A stretch of 35,727 bases of DNA from Eubacteriales bacterium (GCA_045544655.1 JAZPZL010000051.1:1-35727), one strand, 5' to 3'; shown: positions 1 through 8,636, counted from the first letter of the stretch. A program made the numbers and translations. Notes: generated by a model from the letters alone, not told the origin.

Positions 1-1
1 A

Positions 2-700
2 GGCCCCTACACCTACGATCTTTCCATCAAATCCTTCAACGAGCAGACTACGGTACAGATCTGCTATGAAAACGGCGAACAGACCATGTATAAAAGCTAC
101 GCCAATACCCTTCCCGCAGACGGCGTGATCTCCAACGACCCGTCCGTAGGTCACGTGATGATGGTCTCCTCCGAGCCCACGGTTTTCTATAACAAGGACG
201 GCACCATCGACGGGGAAAAGAGCTTTCTTTACGTGACTGACCAGCATCAGGGCTGGGTGGAGAAGGAGAACTCCGCGGGAACCGTTTACGAGCATAAGAA
301 CTATATTGATCGGAAATTGACCTTCAAAAAGCTTTTCACTTCCAACTACGTTCCCTTTACCTTCGGGGAATTTCTCGGCACCGATCCCGTAGAGGAAACG
401 GAATGCAGCTTCGCTCACGAGGAAAGTGAGATTACCGTGGAGCAGTTGAAAAGTATTCCCGTCACCTCAAATTACGGGATCTCCGATATCTACGTTTACC
501 TGAAGGATGCCGACGGTAAGATCCTGTTTTACAAGGTAAAACGTGCCGCGGCGGCAGGTAGAAAGGAAATGAACTTTTCCGAAACGGTCTACGCCGCAAC
601 CTTTAACCAATACGCTGACGGCAATCACACCGTGGAGGTGGTTTGCCAGCTGGGTACCGGGGAACGCCCCACGGTTTATACGGGTACTTTGGTGAAATAA
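2..700 (+). CDS. hypothetical protein, C-terminal fragment (frame open to left window edge)
   Basis: Frame 2 has no stop from nt 2 to TAA at 698-700, so the listed ORF 86..700 is only the first in-frame Met. Beta-rich C-terminus. No motif I can name confidently. Confidence 0.45.
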   Translation, partial: GPYTYDLSIKSFNEQTTVQICYENGEQTMYKSYANTLPADGVISNDPSVGHVMMVSSEPTVFYNKDGTIDGEKSFLYVTDQHQGWVEKENSAGTVYEHKNYIDRKLTFKKLFTSNYVPFTFGEFLGTDPVEETECSFAHEESEITVEQLKSIPVTSNYGISDIYVYLKDADGKILFYKVKRAAAAGRKEMNFSETVYAATFNQYADGNHTVEVVCQLGTGERPTVYTGTLVK

Positions 701-743
701 ACGAAGAAACGGAATATCTTCCGCTCCGAAAGGATGGAGATTT

Positions 744-1337
744 ATGGATGCTTTGGAGCATTACGACAAGCTCATTGACGAAAACAACGACCCTGCACGC
801 GATCCCCTGCCTTTAAAGGAATATATGGATAAGTGGGACGGTCAAGTTTTTTTGGATGCAATGAAGCTTGATAAGGACAAAACCGTTCTGGAAATCGGCG
901 TTGGCACCGGACGGCTCGCGTTGAAAACGGTCCCGCGATGCAAGAAGCTTTACGGGATCGATCTGTCACCGAAGACGGTGGAAAGAGCCGCGCAAAATTT
1001 ATCAGGGTATCCAAACGTCACCTTGATTTGTGCAGATTTTATGACTTACGACTTCAATGCTGCCTTTGACGTGGTGTATTCCTCCCTGACCTTTATGCAT
1101 ATACGGGAGAAGCAGGAATGCATCCGCAAAATATATTCCTTGTTGAAGCCGAAGGGATATTTGGTTTTATCCATTGATAAAAATCAAAACCAATATTTGG
1201 AGTATGGGGACAGAAGGATCAGGATCTACCCCGACGATCCCGATGAGACGAAACAATATTTTCTCAATTCCGGATTTGTTCTGCAGGATCGTATTGAAAC
1301 CGAATTTGCATACGTTCTCGTTGGGAGAAAGGCATAG
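744..1337 (+). CDS. class I SAM-dependent methyltransferase
   Basis: Motif I VLEIGVGTGRLA, followed by LYGIDLS, DVVYSS and LKPKGYLVL motifs. SD aaaggatggag lies upstream of the ATG. Confidence 0.85.
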   Translation: MDALEHYDKLIDENNDPARDPLPLKEYMDKWDGQVFLDAMKLDKDKTVLEIGVGTGRLALKTVPRCKKLYGIDLSPKTVERAAQNLSGYPNVTLICADFMTYDFNAAFDVVYSSLTFMHIREKQECIRKIYSLLKPKGYLVLSIDKNQNQYLEYGDRRIRIYPDDPDETKQYFLNSGFVLQDRIETEFAYVLVGRKA

Positions 1338-1345
1338 AAAAAAAG

Positions 1346-1385
1346 AAAAAGCCGATAGATTCATAGAAATCTGTCGGCTTTTTTG
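1346..1385. terminator. bidirectional intrinsic terminator between convergent genes
   Basis: Stem gccgatagat (1351-1360) pairs with atctgtcggc (1369-1378), with one G-U. It is flanked by an A-run (1346-1350) and a T-run (1379-1384). Confidence 0.7.
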
Positions 1386-1390
1386 CGGGT

Positions 1391-2173
1391 TTAAAACAGC
1401 TCCTGATCCCCGTCCCGCATAATGCGGATGCAGATGGGATTTTCGGCGGAGGTTTGGGCGCACAGTTGCTCCATTTCCAGACGGCTGTCCAGGAACTGTC
1501 TGCCGTGGTGGGTGAAGCGCAGGTGCTTCACCTTATGCTCTACGGCAAAGGAGAGCACGTCGGGGATCTTGTGATGACCCGTTTCCATAATGAGCATATC
1601 ACAGCCTTCTCCGATGAGGGGTTCCATTTCCGCAGGATAGCGCACGTCTCCGGAGAACACGATCCTTTTGCCCTCCGCTTCAATGAGAAAGGAAAAGGCG
1701 TGCCAGCCGTTCGTGCCGTCCTCTCTCAGGTGCTGATTGTGGAGTGCGGTGACGCGGATATTTTCATCCTCAAAGAGCAGACCGTCGGTGGTGGTATGCT
1801 CACGCAGGTCGTAGCGAAAATCCTTTCCGGGACCCTGGAGGGCAACGGTTTTGACTGCTTGGGTCAAAACGGGATCGGGGAAGAAAAATTCCAGAGCGTT
1901 GTCGCGAACGAGGGTGGCGCCGTAGTGACGCTCCAGCTTGTTAAAGCAGGAAAAAAGATTGGCAAGTCCGCCGATGTGATCAATGTGACCGTGGGAAATG
2001 AAAAGGGCAACGGTACGCATAACGTCGATCCCCATTTCGCAGGCGCGGTGAACGGCGTTTTCACCTGCCTCAAACCAATAATTGACACCGCCTACCTCCA
2101 GAATAAAGGAGGAGTGATGGGTTCCCGGCATAGGCTCGGTGCCGGAGCAAGTACCTAAAAATGAAAATTTCAT
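1391..2173 (-). CDS. MBL-fold metallo-hydrolase
   Basis: HxHxDH motif (SHGHIDHIGG). SD gaaggag lies 7 nt upstream of the ATG. The long + strand ORF 1454..2158 is its antisense shadow. Confidence 0.85.
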   Translation of the reverse strand: MKFSFLGTCSGTEPMPGTHHSSFILEVGGVNYWFEAGENAVHRACEMGIDVMRTVALFISHGHIDHIGGLANLFSCFNKLERHYGATLVRDNALEFFFPDPVLTQAVKTVALQGPGKDFRYDLREHTTTDGLLFEDENIRVTALHNQHLREDGTNGWHAFSFLIEAEGKRIVFSGDVRYPAEMEPLIGEGCDMLIMETGHHKIPDVLSFAVEHKVKHLRFTHHGRQFLDSRLEMEQLCAQTSAENPICIRIMRDGDQELF

Positions 2174-2255
2174 AAAAAACTCCTTCGCTGTTTTCTATAT
2201 CTATCATATCATAGCTCTCTTTTTTTTGCAAGAAAAAAAGGGAGCTTTTTTAAGT

Positions 2256-2290
2256 TGTCATTGCGTGTCAGTACTCCTTTCGTGTAGAAT
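2256..2290 (+). promoter_or_regulatory. promoter-like element, copy A of a shared 35-nt motif (TGTCA-N5-TGTCA ... TTTCGTgTAGAAT)
   Basis: tgtcattgcgtgtcagtactcctttcgtgtagaat. Readable as -35 TTGCGT, 18-nt spacer, TG-extended -10 TAGAAT. It ends 29 nt before the portal ATG and is 29/35 identical to 27238-27272. Confidence 0.5.
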
Positions 2291-2319
2291 CCGCTCAACG
2301 AAACAAACAAGGAGGCAAT

Positions 2320-3897
2320 ATGAAACAAACCAAACAGGAATTTCTCACGGAGGATTTTAAACTCTTGGAAAAGGGCAGGGAATACAATCGCGCCATTTCC
2401 CTTTACGATACGGTAAACCGCAACGAGCGCTTTTACCGCGGGGATCAGTGGCACGGTGTTGAAAAAGGAGATCTGCCCACGCCGGTCTTTAATCTCTTCA
2501 AGCGAGTGATCAACTACTTCATTTCCACCATTATGAGCCAAAAGATCTCGGTGCATTTTGCGGCGGAAGGAACGGAGATCTTTCACGATAAGGAAAAGCG
2601 CCTTCGTATGGAGGAGGCATGTAGACTTCTTACCCGATACGCCAATTACCGATTTGATCGGGATAAGGTGGATGATCTTCTGAATCGCGGTCTTCTGGAT
2701 GCGGCGGTGACGGGAGATATGTTTCTTTACGTGTACTGGGATCCGGAAAGAAAGACGGCGCAGGGCTTCAAGGGAGATTTTGTGACCACGCTGGTGGACA
2801 GTACTCAGGTCTTTTTCGGTGACGTAAACACCCCCGAGGTGGAATCGCAGCCCTACATCCTTTTGACGGGAAGAGAATTGGTATCCAAATTGCGCCGCGA
2901 GGCACTTGCAGGCGGCGCCACGGAGGAAGAGGCGGCGAAGATCGTCCCCGATGGAGATACGGAGAATCAAAGCGGTGATTTCGGAAAAAAGGAGCTGACG
3001 GATACCAAGGCAAGCTACGTGATTTGTATGTACAAAAAGGACGGTACCGTCCGCTTCCGTAAAAGCTGCAGAGAAACCGTGGTGGTGCCGGAGCGAGATA
3101 CGGGACTTTCCCTTTATCCCTTGGTTCTGATGAACTGGGAGCGGGTGAAAAACTCTTATCACGGGCAGGCGGCGGCGACGAACCTGGTGGAAAACCAGCT
3201 TTACATCAACAAGGCCTTTGCCATGGTGATGAAGCATATGATGGACGTTTCCTTTTCAAAGGTGATCTATAACGCAAATATCATCGATGAATGGACGGGC
3301 GACATTGGTGAGGCGATCGCGGTGAACGGGCCTGTAGAACACGCCGCCGACCGCCTGGACCCCGGAAGCTTGCAGGCAGGCTTTCTGGACGTGATCCAGA
3401 TGACCATTGGGATCACCAAGGAGCTGATGGGAGCCACCGATGCGGCGCTTGGCAACGTAGCGCCCGACAATACAAGCGCCATTATCGCTCTGCAGCAAAG
3501 CTCCGCCGTACCGCTGGAAATGCAGAGAAGAGCGCTCTATACGGCGGTAGAGCGCTTGGGGATGATCTGGCTGGATTTCATTCTGGAATTTTACGATGAA
3601 TCGAGAATGATGCTTTTCCGAGAAAAAGGTGAGCTGCTCGGCGGGAATATTTCTCCTCGTGAAATGAAAAACGTGTTGTTCTCCTGTACGACTCAGGCAG
3701 GCGCTTCCAGCCATTGGAGCGAAATTGCACAGATCACCACGCTGGATCATTTGCTTTCCTCGGGAAACATACGCTTCTCTCAGTATCTGGAGCGGATTCC
3801 CGACGGATATATTCCTGAGCGTGAGGAGCTTTTGGAAGAGGTAAAGGAAGAAGAAAGCAGACTCGCATCTCAAACCGATTTTCCGGCAAACGCCTGA
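2320..3897 (+). CDS. putative phage portal protein
   Basis: 525 aa, with SD aaggagg. First gene of a head module, immediately before scaffold-like and capsid-like genes. N-terminal RFYRGDQW-type motif resembles portal families. Size fits. No search was run. Confidence 0.6.
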   Translation: MKQTKQEFLTEDFKLLEKGREYNRAISLYDTVNRNERFYRGDQWHGVEKGDLPTPVFNLFKRVINYFISTIMSQKISVHFAAEGTEIFHDKEKRLRMEEACRLLTRYANYRFDRDKVDDLLNRGLLDAAVTGDMFLYVYWDPERKTAQGFKGDFVTTLVDSTQVFFGDVNTPEVESQPYILLTGRELVSKLRREALAGGATEEEAAKIVPDGDTENQSGDFGKKELTDTKASYVICMYKKDGTVRFRKSCRETVVVPERDTGLSLYPLVLMNWERVKNSYHGQAAATNLVENQLYINKAFAMVMKHMMDVSFSKVIYNANIIDEWTGDIGEAIAVNGPVEHAADRLDPGSLQAGFLDVIQMTIGITKELMGATDAALGNVAPDNTSAIIALQQSSAVPLEMQRRALYTAVERLGMIWLDFILEFYDESRMMLFREKGELLGGNISPREMKNVLFSCTTQAGASSHWSEIAQITTLDHLLSSGNIRFSQYLERIPDGYIPEREELLEEVKEEESRLASQTDFPANA

Positions 3898-3925
3898 AAA
3901 TAAATCAAAACAAAGGAGGAAAACC

Positions 3926-4348
3926 ATGAAAAAGAAAAAGGAAAAGGAAGTTCTTTCGGAAGAAAAGCTTCCCGAAGAGATCACCTCCGTTCAGGAGGAA
4001 GGCGCGGAGGCGCCTGACGCGGCAGAATTGATGGAGGAGGATATCGCACTCTTTCGCAGTCTGTTCCCCGAGGTGAAAGGAGAGGACATTCCTCAGGAGG
4101 TCTGGGACCGAGTGGAGGCGGGGGAAAGCCTTGCCGCAAGCTACGCCCTTTTTGCGGTGCGAAAGTTCCGTGAAGAGGAGAAGATCTCCCGTATCAACGA
4201 GGAAAACGGAAAAAAGGCACCGCCCCCCGTTGAGGGAGGCTCTGCCGATGGCGATTACTTTTCACCGGAGGCGGTGAAGAATATGAGCCGCAGCGAAATT
4301 CGCAAACACTACGACAAAATTTTATCTTCCATGGAAAAATGGAACTGA
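3926..4348 (+). CDS. putative scaffolding protein (acidic, helical, 140 aa)
   Basis: Sits between the portal-like and capsid-like genes. Very E/K-rich, low-complexity N-terminus. SD aaaggagg. Confidence 0.45.
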   Translation: MKKKKEKEVLSEEKLPEEITSVQEEGAEAPDAAELMEEDIALFRSLFPEVKGEDIPQEVWDRVEAGESLAASYALFAVRKFREEEKISRINEENGKKAPPPVEGGSADGDYFSPEAVKNMSRSEIRKHYDKILSSMEKWN

Positions 4349-4368
4349 AAAAGAAAGGATGAACGATT

Positions 4369-5205
4369 ATGGCTATTCAGAATTTTATTCCCACACTTTG
4401 GAGTGAGACCCTTTACACGGAGCTGGAAAAGGATTACGTCGGCGTAAAGCTTTGCTCTCGCGACTTCGAAGGCGAGATCCGCGGCGAGGGTGACCGTGTT
4501 AAAATTTGCGGGGTAGGACCCGTTACTGTATTCGACTATCACAAGAATCAGGATATGCCCGCCGCCGAGGTGCTTTCCGACACGGAGAGAACGCTGGTTA
4601 TCGATCAGGCAAAGGGCTTCAATTTCTTCCTGGATTCCATTGATCTGGCTCAGTCCAAGAAGGGCTTGATGCAGGCGGCGATGAAGGAGGCGTCCGGCGC
4701 CCTTTCCGACGTGGCTGATCGCTACATCTACTCCCTTACCGATGAAAACGTGGCGGAGCTTGAAAATGCTTCCGCTACCAGCACCAATATCATCAGCACC
4801 ATTGCCGAGGCGAGAAAAATGCTGATGGAGAACAACGTTCCCAACTCTGCCAAGGTATCTCTGGAGGTTCCCCCTGCCATTGAGCAGAAGCTGGTGCTTG
4901 CCAAGGTTCTGCGCTCCACCGACAACGTAGAGGCTTTGGGCAGAGGCTACATCGGCTCCTTTATGGGCTTTGATATTTACGTGACCAACAACATCACCCC
5001 TTCTGCCGACGGCTCTTACCGCTGTATTGCCAGAACCGCCCGTGCCATCGCTTTTGCGGAGCAGGTCTCTGCGGTGAAGGCGTATGAGCCCGAGCTTCGT
5101 CACGGCGACGCGGTGAAGGGACTGCATTTGTACGGCGCCAAGATCGTCTACCCCAAGGAAATGGTATTTCTGAACCTGACCCCCGGGGAAGAAGAAATGA
5201 TCTGA
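4369..5205 (+). CDS. putative major capsid protein (HK97-fold, P22-coat-like small capsid family)
   Basis: 278 aa. N-terminus MAIQNFIPTLWSE...VGV...RDFEGEI..GD.VKI matches the pattern I recall for roughly 280-300-aa clostridial phage capsid proteins. Position after the scaffold gene fits. Confidence 0.7.
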   Translation: MAIQNFIPTLWSETLYTELEKDYVGVKLCSRDFEGEIRGEGDRVKICGVGPVTVFDYHKNQDMPAAEVLSDTERTLVIDQAKGFNFFLDSIDLAQSKKGLMQAAMKEASGALSDVADRYIYSLTDENVAELENASATSTNIISTIAEARKMLMENNVPNSAKVSLEVPPAIEQKLVLAKVLRSTDNVEALGRGYIGSFMGFDIYVTNNITPSADGSYRCIARTARAIAFAEQVSAVKAYEPELRHGDAVKGLHLYGAKIVYPKEMVFLNLTPGEEEMI

Positions 5206-5236
5206 CCCGTTTTGCATCAGAAAATGGAGGAAGGAT

Positions 5237-5620
5237 ATGAAACGCGCTGAAGAACTGTATCACAGAAGTCTTGCCCTGATCGGAGAAATCCCCGGGGCGG
5301 AAAATCAAATTTTCAGGGAGCGTGCGGTTCCGCTGATGAACGTGCTCCTGTCTCAGCTTTACGAGCTGGATATTGCTTTGCGTGGCGGGAAGCTTTGCCC
5401 CGGCGGGATCATTCCTCAGGTCTCGCATCTGGAGGAAACGCTTCCCTTCAGCGAAGCCATCCTTTACACGGTGCTTCCCTTGGGGCTGGCGGGGCTTCTT
5501 TTGATGGAGGAGGAAGCGGAGCGGGGACGCTTCTTTCTCCAGCTTTATCACACCGAGGTGGAGATCCTGCGTGACCGATGCAAGCGTGGGGTCCGCCACA
5601 AGATCAGAAGGAGCGTGTAG
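5237..5620 (+). CDS. hypothetical protein, possible head-completion/adaptor protein
   Basis: 127 aa, with SD ggaggaagg, immediately after the capsid gene. Assigned by position only. Confidence 0.3.
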   Translation: MKRAEELYHRSLALIGEIPGAENQIFRERAVPLMNVLLSQLYELDIALRGGKLCPGGIIPQVSHLEETLPFSEAILYTVLPLGLAGLLLMEEEAERGRFFLQLYHTEVEILRDRCKRGVRHKIRRSV

Positions 5621-5623
5621 CGT

Positions 5624-7327
5624 ATGGCGAAGGATTTTACCCTTGAATTGGAGAGCTTCGGCGGTTTGAAGCTCTCTGCGGATAATACCGACGAGCTTGC
5701 CGTGGGAGAGGGCGCAGAGCTGATCAATTTCCGCATTACCGATGCCAAAAAGCTGAAGCGACGGGAGGGGTATTTCCGCGTTTTTGATGCGCCTTCCGCA
5801 TTGAGGGGGATCTTCTGCGCTTCCGTGAACGGCACTCCCGCGTATCTTGCACTTTGCGGAAAGCACCTTTACGCTTCCCGAGAGGGCTTTGACCGATTGG
5901 AGATGCTGGAAACGGAGGTAGGGGGAGAGGGGAAGGCGTTCTTTTTCCCCTATCACTCCGAGCTCTATCTTTTGACGGGAGAGAATATTTATCGCTACGA
6001 TGGAAAAAGCCTGTCGGAGATCGAGCCCTACGTTCCCGTGATTATGATCTGTACTCCGCCCGGGAAAAGCGGAACGGTATACGAGGATGTCAATCTTCTG
6101 ACCCGAAAGGTGCGCCAGCGCTTGTCTCCCGACGGGATCGGTACGGAGTTTCCTTTGCCGGTGGAAAACATCAAAAGTCTTGACTGGGTAAAGCTTTACG
6201 GAACGGATATGCGGGAGGACAGCTATTGGTTTGATATCGACGATCATTGCCTGAAATTCGTAGGTGCGCCCAGATCCGGTGTGGACAGCATTGAGGTCCA
6301 GTACGAGCTTGTCACCGAGGATGCTTCCGACCGCATCAAAAAATGCCGTTTCGCCACAGCCTTTGGCGGTGCCAGCGATACCCGCGTATTTCTGTACGGC
6401 AATCCCGACAGCCCCGCCGTGCGCTACCATAGCGGTATCGTGGACGGAAAGCCTTCCTTCACCTACTTCCCCGAAACTGCCTTTTCCCTTGTGGGAACGG
6501 GCGAACCCATTACCGCCATTTGCCGTCATTACGACCGCCAATTGATCTTTACCACGGGCAACGCCTACTATTCCTATCTGGAATATATGACGGGATCGGA
6601 GGGGAGGCTGATCGCAGGCTTCCCCGTTCTTCCTATGAATGAAGAGAGAGGCTGTGTTGCCTTGGGTCAGGCAATTCTGGTGAAAAATACCCCCGTTACC
6701 ATTGCCGAGGACGGTTTGTTTCAATGGATCTCCACCAATATACGAGATGAGAGAAACGCAGAAAATCTATCCGATCCCATCGATCAAGCCTTGCAAAAGG
6801 AGTCGCTTGAGCAAGCGATCCTGTTCAATCGCAAGGAAAAATCGGAGCTGTATTTATGCGTAGGTGAGAATCTGTACGTTTACAATTACCGTTTGAAGCT
6901 GTTCTATCGGTATAAGGTGCCGACCATTCTCGGCTTTTGCCAAGGGGATCAATTGTATTTTTACAATGAAGAGGGCATTTTTGCCGTGGGAGGAAATACG
7001 GATGACGGGCAAAGGATCTATGCGGTATGGAAATCAAAGCTGATGGATTTTTCCCACAAGACCCGTGCAAAAAAGCTGTTCGGGACTACGATGATCGCCA
7101 AAGGGGGAGAGGGAAGCGAATTGCAGATCTCCTTGAGAAATGAAAACGACACGGAAATGCTTACGAAGCGGGTACACTTTTCCGGAAAAAGGGAGGGGGA
7201 GCGCATCGAACTTCACACCCCCAAAAGGCGATTCGGGGCAATTGAGATCATTCTTGAGACGGACAGTGAGGAAAGCGTTCACGTGCTTTCCCTTCACTTC
7301 AGGGGAAGGATCACGGATGCAGAATAG
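5624..7327 (+). CDS. hypothetical virion-associated protein with repeated beta-propeller-like blades
   Basis: 567 aa, 3 nt after the previous stop. Recurrent G..LY.Y-type segments: HLYASREG, ELYLLTGENIYRYDG, GNAYYSYLEY, ELYLCVGENLYVYNY, DQLYFYNEEGIFAVGG. Confidence 0.35.
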   Translation: MAKDFTLELESFGGLKLSADNTDELAVGEGAELINFRITDAKKLKRREGYFRVFDAPSALRGIFCASVNGTPAYLALCGKHLYASREGFDRLEMLETEVGGEGKAFFFPYHSELYLLTGENIYRYDGKSLSEIEPYVPVIMICTPPGKSGTVYEDVNLLTRKVRQRLSPDGIGTEFPLPVENIKSLDWVKLYGTDMREDSYWFDIDDHCLKFVGAPRSGVDSIEVQYELVTEDASDRIKKCRFATAFGGASDTRVFLYGNPDSPAVRYHSGIVDGKPSFTYFPETAFSLVGTGEPITAICRHYDRQLIFTTGNAYYSYLEYMTGSEGRLIAGFPVLPMNEERGCVALGQAILVKNTPVTIAEDGLFQWISTNIRDERNAENLSDPIDQALQKESLEQAILFNRKEKSELYLCVGENLYVYNYRLKLFYRYKVPTILGFCQGDQLYFYNEEGIFAVGGNTDDGQRIYAVWKSKLMDFSHKTRAKKLFGTTMIAKGGEGSELQISLRNENDTEMLTKRVHFSGKREGERIELHTPKRRFGAIEIILETDSEESVHVLSLHFRGRITDAE

Positions 7328-7341
7328 GAAAGGAGAAGAAG

Positions 7342-8112
7342 ATGTCACAGACAGATACCATCAAGGCGTATTTGAAGCGACTGGAGGATGGGGCGGCAGA
7401 GATCCGCTCCCGATACAAAAATCTTGCCGCCGCCAGTGATGCCGAGTATCGCGCTAGGATCTCCCGTATGGATGCAGATTACAAGGATGCGGTCAGCGCC
7501 GCATCTGCCCAAGCCCAGATCCATCTGAAAAACAATCTGGAGAAAATGGCGGATGCGGGCTACGTCCGCTCCGGCGAGACGGTACAGGCAACCATTGCGG
7601 CAGGCGCAGACCGAGCGAAGATGCTCTCCTCTTTGAGAGGCGATTATACCCAGGAAAAACAAGCGGTGGAGAACGAGATGTCCCGCGCAAGGGATGGGAT
7701 TTTGCTGGAGGGAGAGAAGGAGGCGGCGGAATATGAAAACCTCGCTGCCGAGACCTTGCTTGCCCAGCAAAATGCCGATCGGGAGTTTGAAGCCGCGCAG
7801 AAACAGCGGGCGTTTGAAAACGAGCTGAAAAAGCAGTCCCTGGCTCAGTCGAAGGCGGAATTTGAATACAAGGTCTCCCAAGAGAAAAAAGAGAAGTCCG
7901 AGGAGGGGATCGTCCCCGAAAAGACGCCTTACGAATACGTAGAGGAGATCGTAAAGCAAAACAGCAGGTACAATAAGAAAAAGAAGTACACGGTGGTGGA
8001 TCGCAAGGCGATCCTGCTGGCGATCTCAGCGGTCGTGAAGGATACCCGCCTGTCCTACAAGTACCGATATGAAATGTACCTTTACGGAAAGAGTATGGGG
8101 TACCTTCAGTAA
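7342..8112 (+). CDS. hypothetical coiled-coil protein (A/E/K/Q-rich)
   Basis: 256 aa, with SD ggaaaggag. Last gene before a strong terminator. Composition is typical of internal virion or assembly proteins, but no motif was recognised. Confidence 0.3.
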   Translation: MSQTDTIKAYLKRLEDGAAEIRSRYKNLAAASDAEYRARISRMDADYKDAVSAASAQAQIHLKNNLEKMADAGYVRSGETVQATIAAGADRAKMLSSLRGDYTQEKQAVENEMSRARDGILLEGEKEAAEYENLAAETLLAQQNADREFEAAQKQRAFENELKKQSLAQSKAEFEYKVSQEKKEKSEEGIVPEKTPYEYVEEIVKQNSRYNKKKKYTVVDRKAILLAISAVVKDTRLSYKYRYEMYLYGKSMGYLQ

Positions 8113-8116
8113 AACG

Positions 8117-8143
8117 AAAAAAGAGCCGAACGGCTCTTTTTTT
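8117..8143 (+). terminator. intrinsic terminator of the head operon
   Basis: Sequence aaaaaAGAGCCgaacGGCTCTtttttt; a GC stem flanked by an A-run and a 6-T run. Confidence 0.8.
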
Positions 8144-8195
8144 GTAAACGGAGTTATTCAAATCAAAAGGAAATTTGGATCAGGGGAGTTCATTT

Positions 8196-8238
8196 TACTA
8201 TTGTTTGATAGTAAAACGAATACTATTGTTTGATAGTA
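8196..8238. promoter_or_regulatory. two tandem palindromic operators (TACTAT-N6-ATAGTA), an 18-bp perfect direct repeat
   Basis: tactattgtttgatagta occurs at 8196-8213 and again at 8221-8238, 25 bp start to start. Each copy is an inverted repeat. A -10-like TATACT at 8241-8246 follows the second copy. Confidence 0.6.
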
Positions 8239-8265
8239 CGTATACTTTCTTTTGAGGTGAGTAGT

Positions 8266-8475
8266 ATGTATTATCCCAGATTGAAGGATCTTCGCGAAGA
8301 CCGCGACCTGGTGCAAAAGGAGGTTGCGGCACTCCTTGGGATCGACCAAAGGGTGTATAGCAATTATGAAAGGGGCAAGCGGGAAATTCCTACGCGTTAC
8401 GTCGTACAATTGGCAAGGTTTTACCAAACGTCAACGGACTATATTTTAGGCTTGACCAACGATCCTGATAAGTAA
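8266..8475 (+). CDS. XRE-family helix-turn-helix transcriptional regulator
   Basis: MYYPRLKDLREDRDLVQKEVAALLGIDQRVYSNYERGKREIP is a classic Cro/C1-type HTH. ATG at 8266 has SD gaggtg 6 nt upstream. The listed TTG start at 8230 lies inside the operator. Confidence 0.85.
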   Translation: MYYPRLKDLREDRDLVQKEVAALLGIDQRVYSNYERGKREIPTRYVVQLARFYQTSTDYILGLTNDPDK

Positions 8476-8491
8476 ATTGCCGCGAAAATTG

Positions 8492-8519
8492 TTGATTTTT
8501 GCTTTTTTCGGTGTAAAAT
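8492..8519 (+). promoter_or_regulatory. candidate sigma-A promoter for the sigma-factor operon
   Basis: TTGATT (8492-8497), 16-nt spacer, TAAAAT (8514-8519). Confidence 0.35.
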
Positions 8520-8636
8520 AGGTTTAGAACCGACGTACGAGTGTCGAAACGAATGAAAATATGAGGAAGAAAGTGGGTCGTGTATTCATTTTCTTTTTTC
8601 TATTGTTGTATATTTGTAGAGGAAAAACAAGAGGCT

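Larger units (their letters stand above)
2256..8143 (+). mobile_element. phage-derived head-morphogenesis operon (promoter to terminator), not part of a recognisable complete prophage
   Basis: Six tightly spaced ORFs with strong SDs, bounded by a promoter-like element (2256-2290) and a terminator (8117-8143). Order is portal-like, scaffold-like, capsid-like, then three unknowns. Confidence 0.55.

Noticed and set aside
4994-6724. 576-aa minus-strand ORF (with 4309..5217, 302 aa) overlapping the capsid-like and 567-aa genes
   Set aside because: It is an antisense shadow of well-supported + strand genes. It has no SD, and its G/R/H/V-rich low-complexity composition is typical of stop-poor antisense frames in GC-rich coding DNA.
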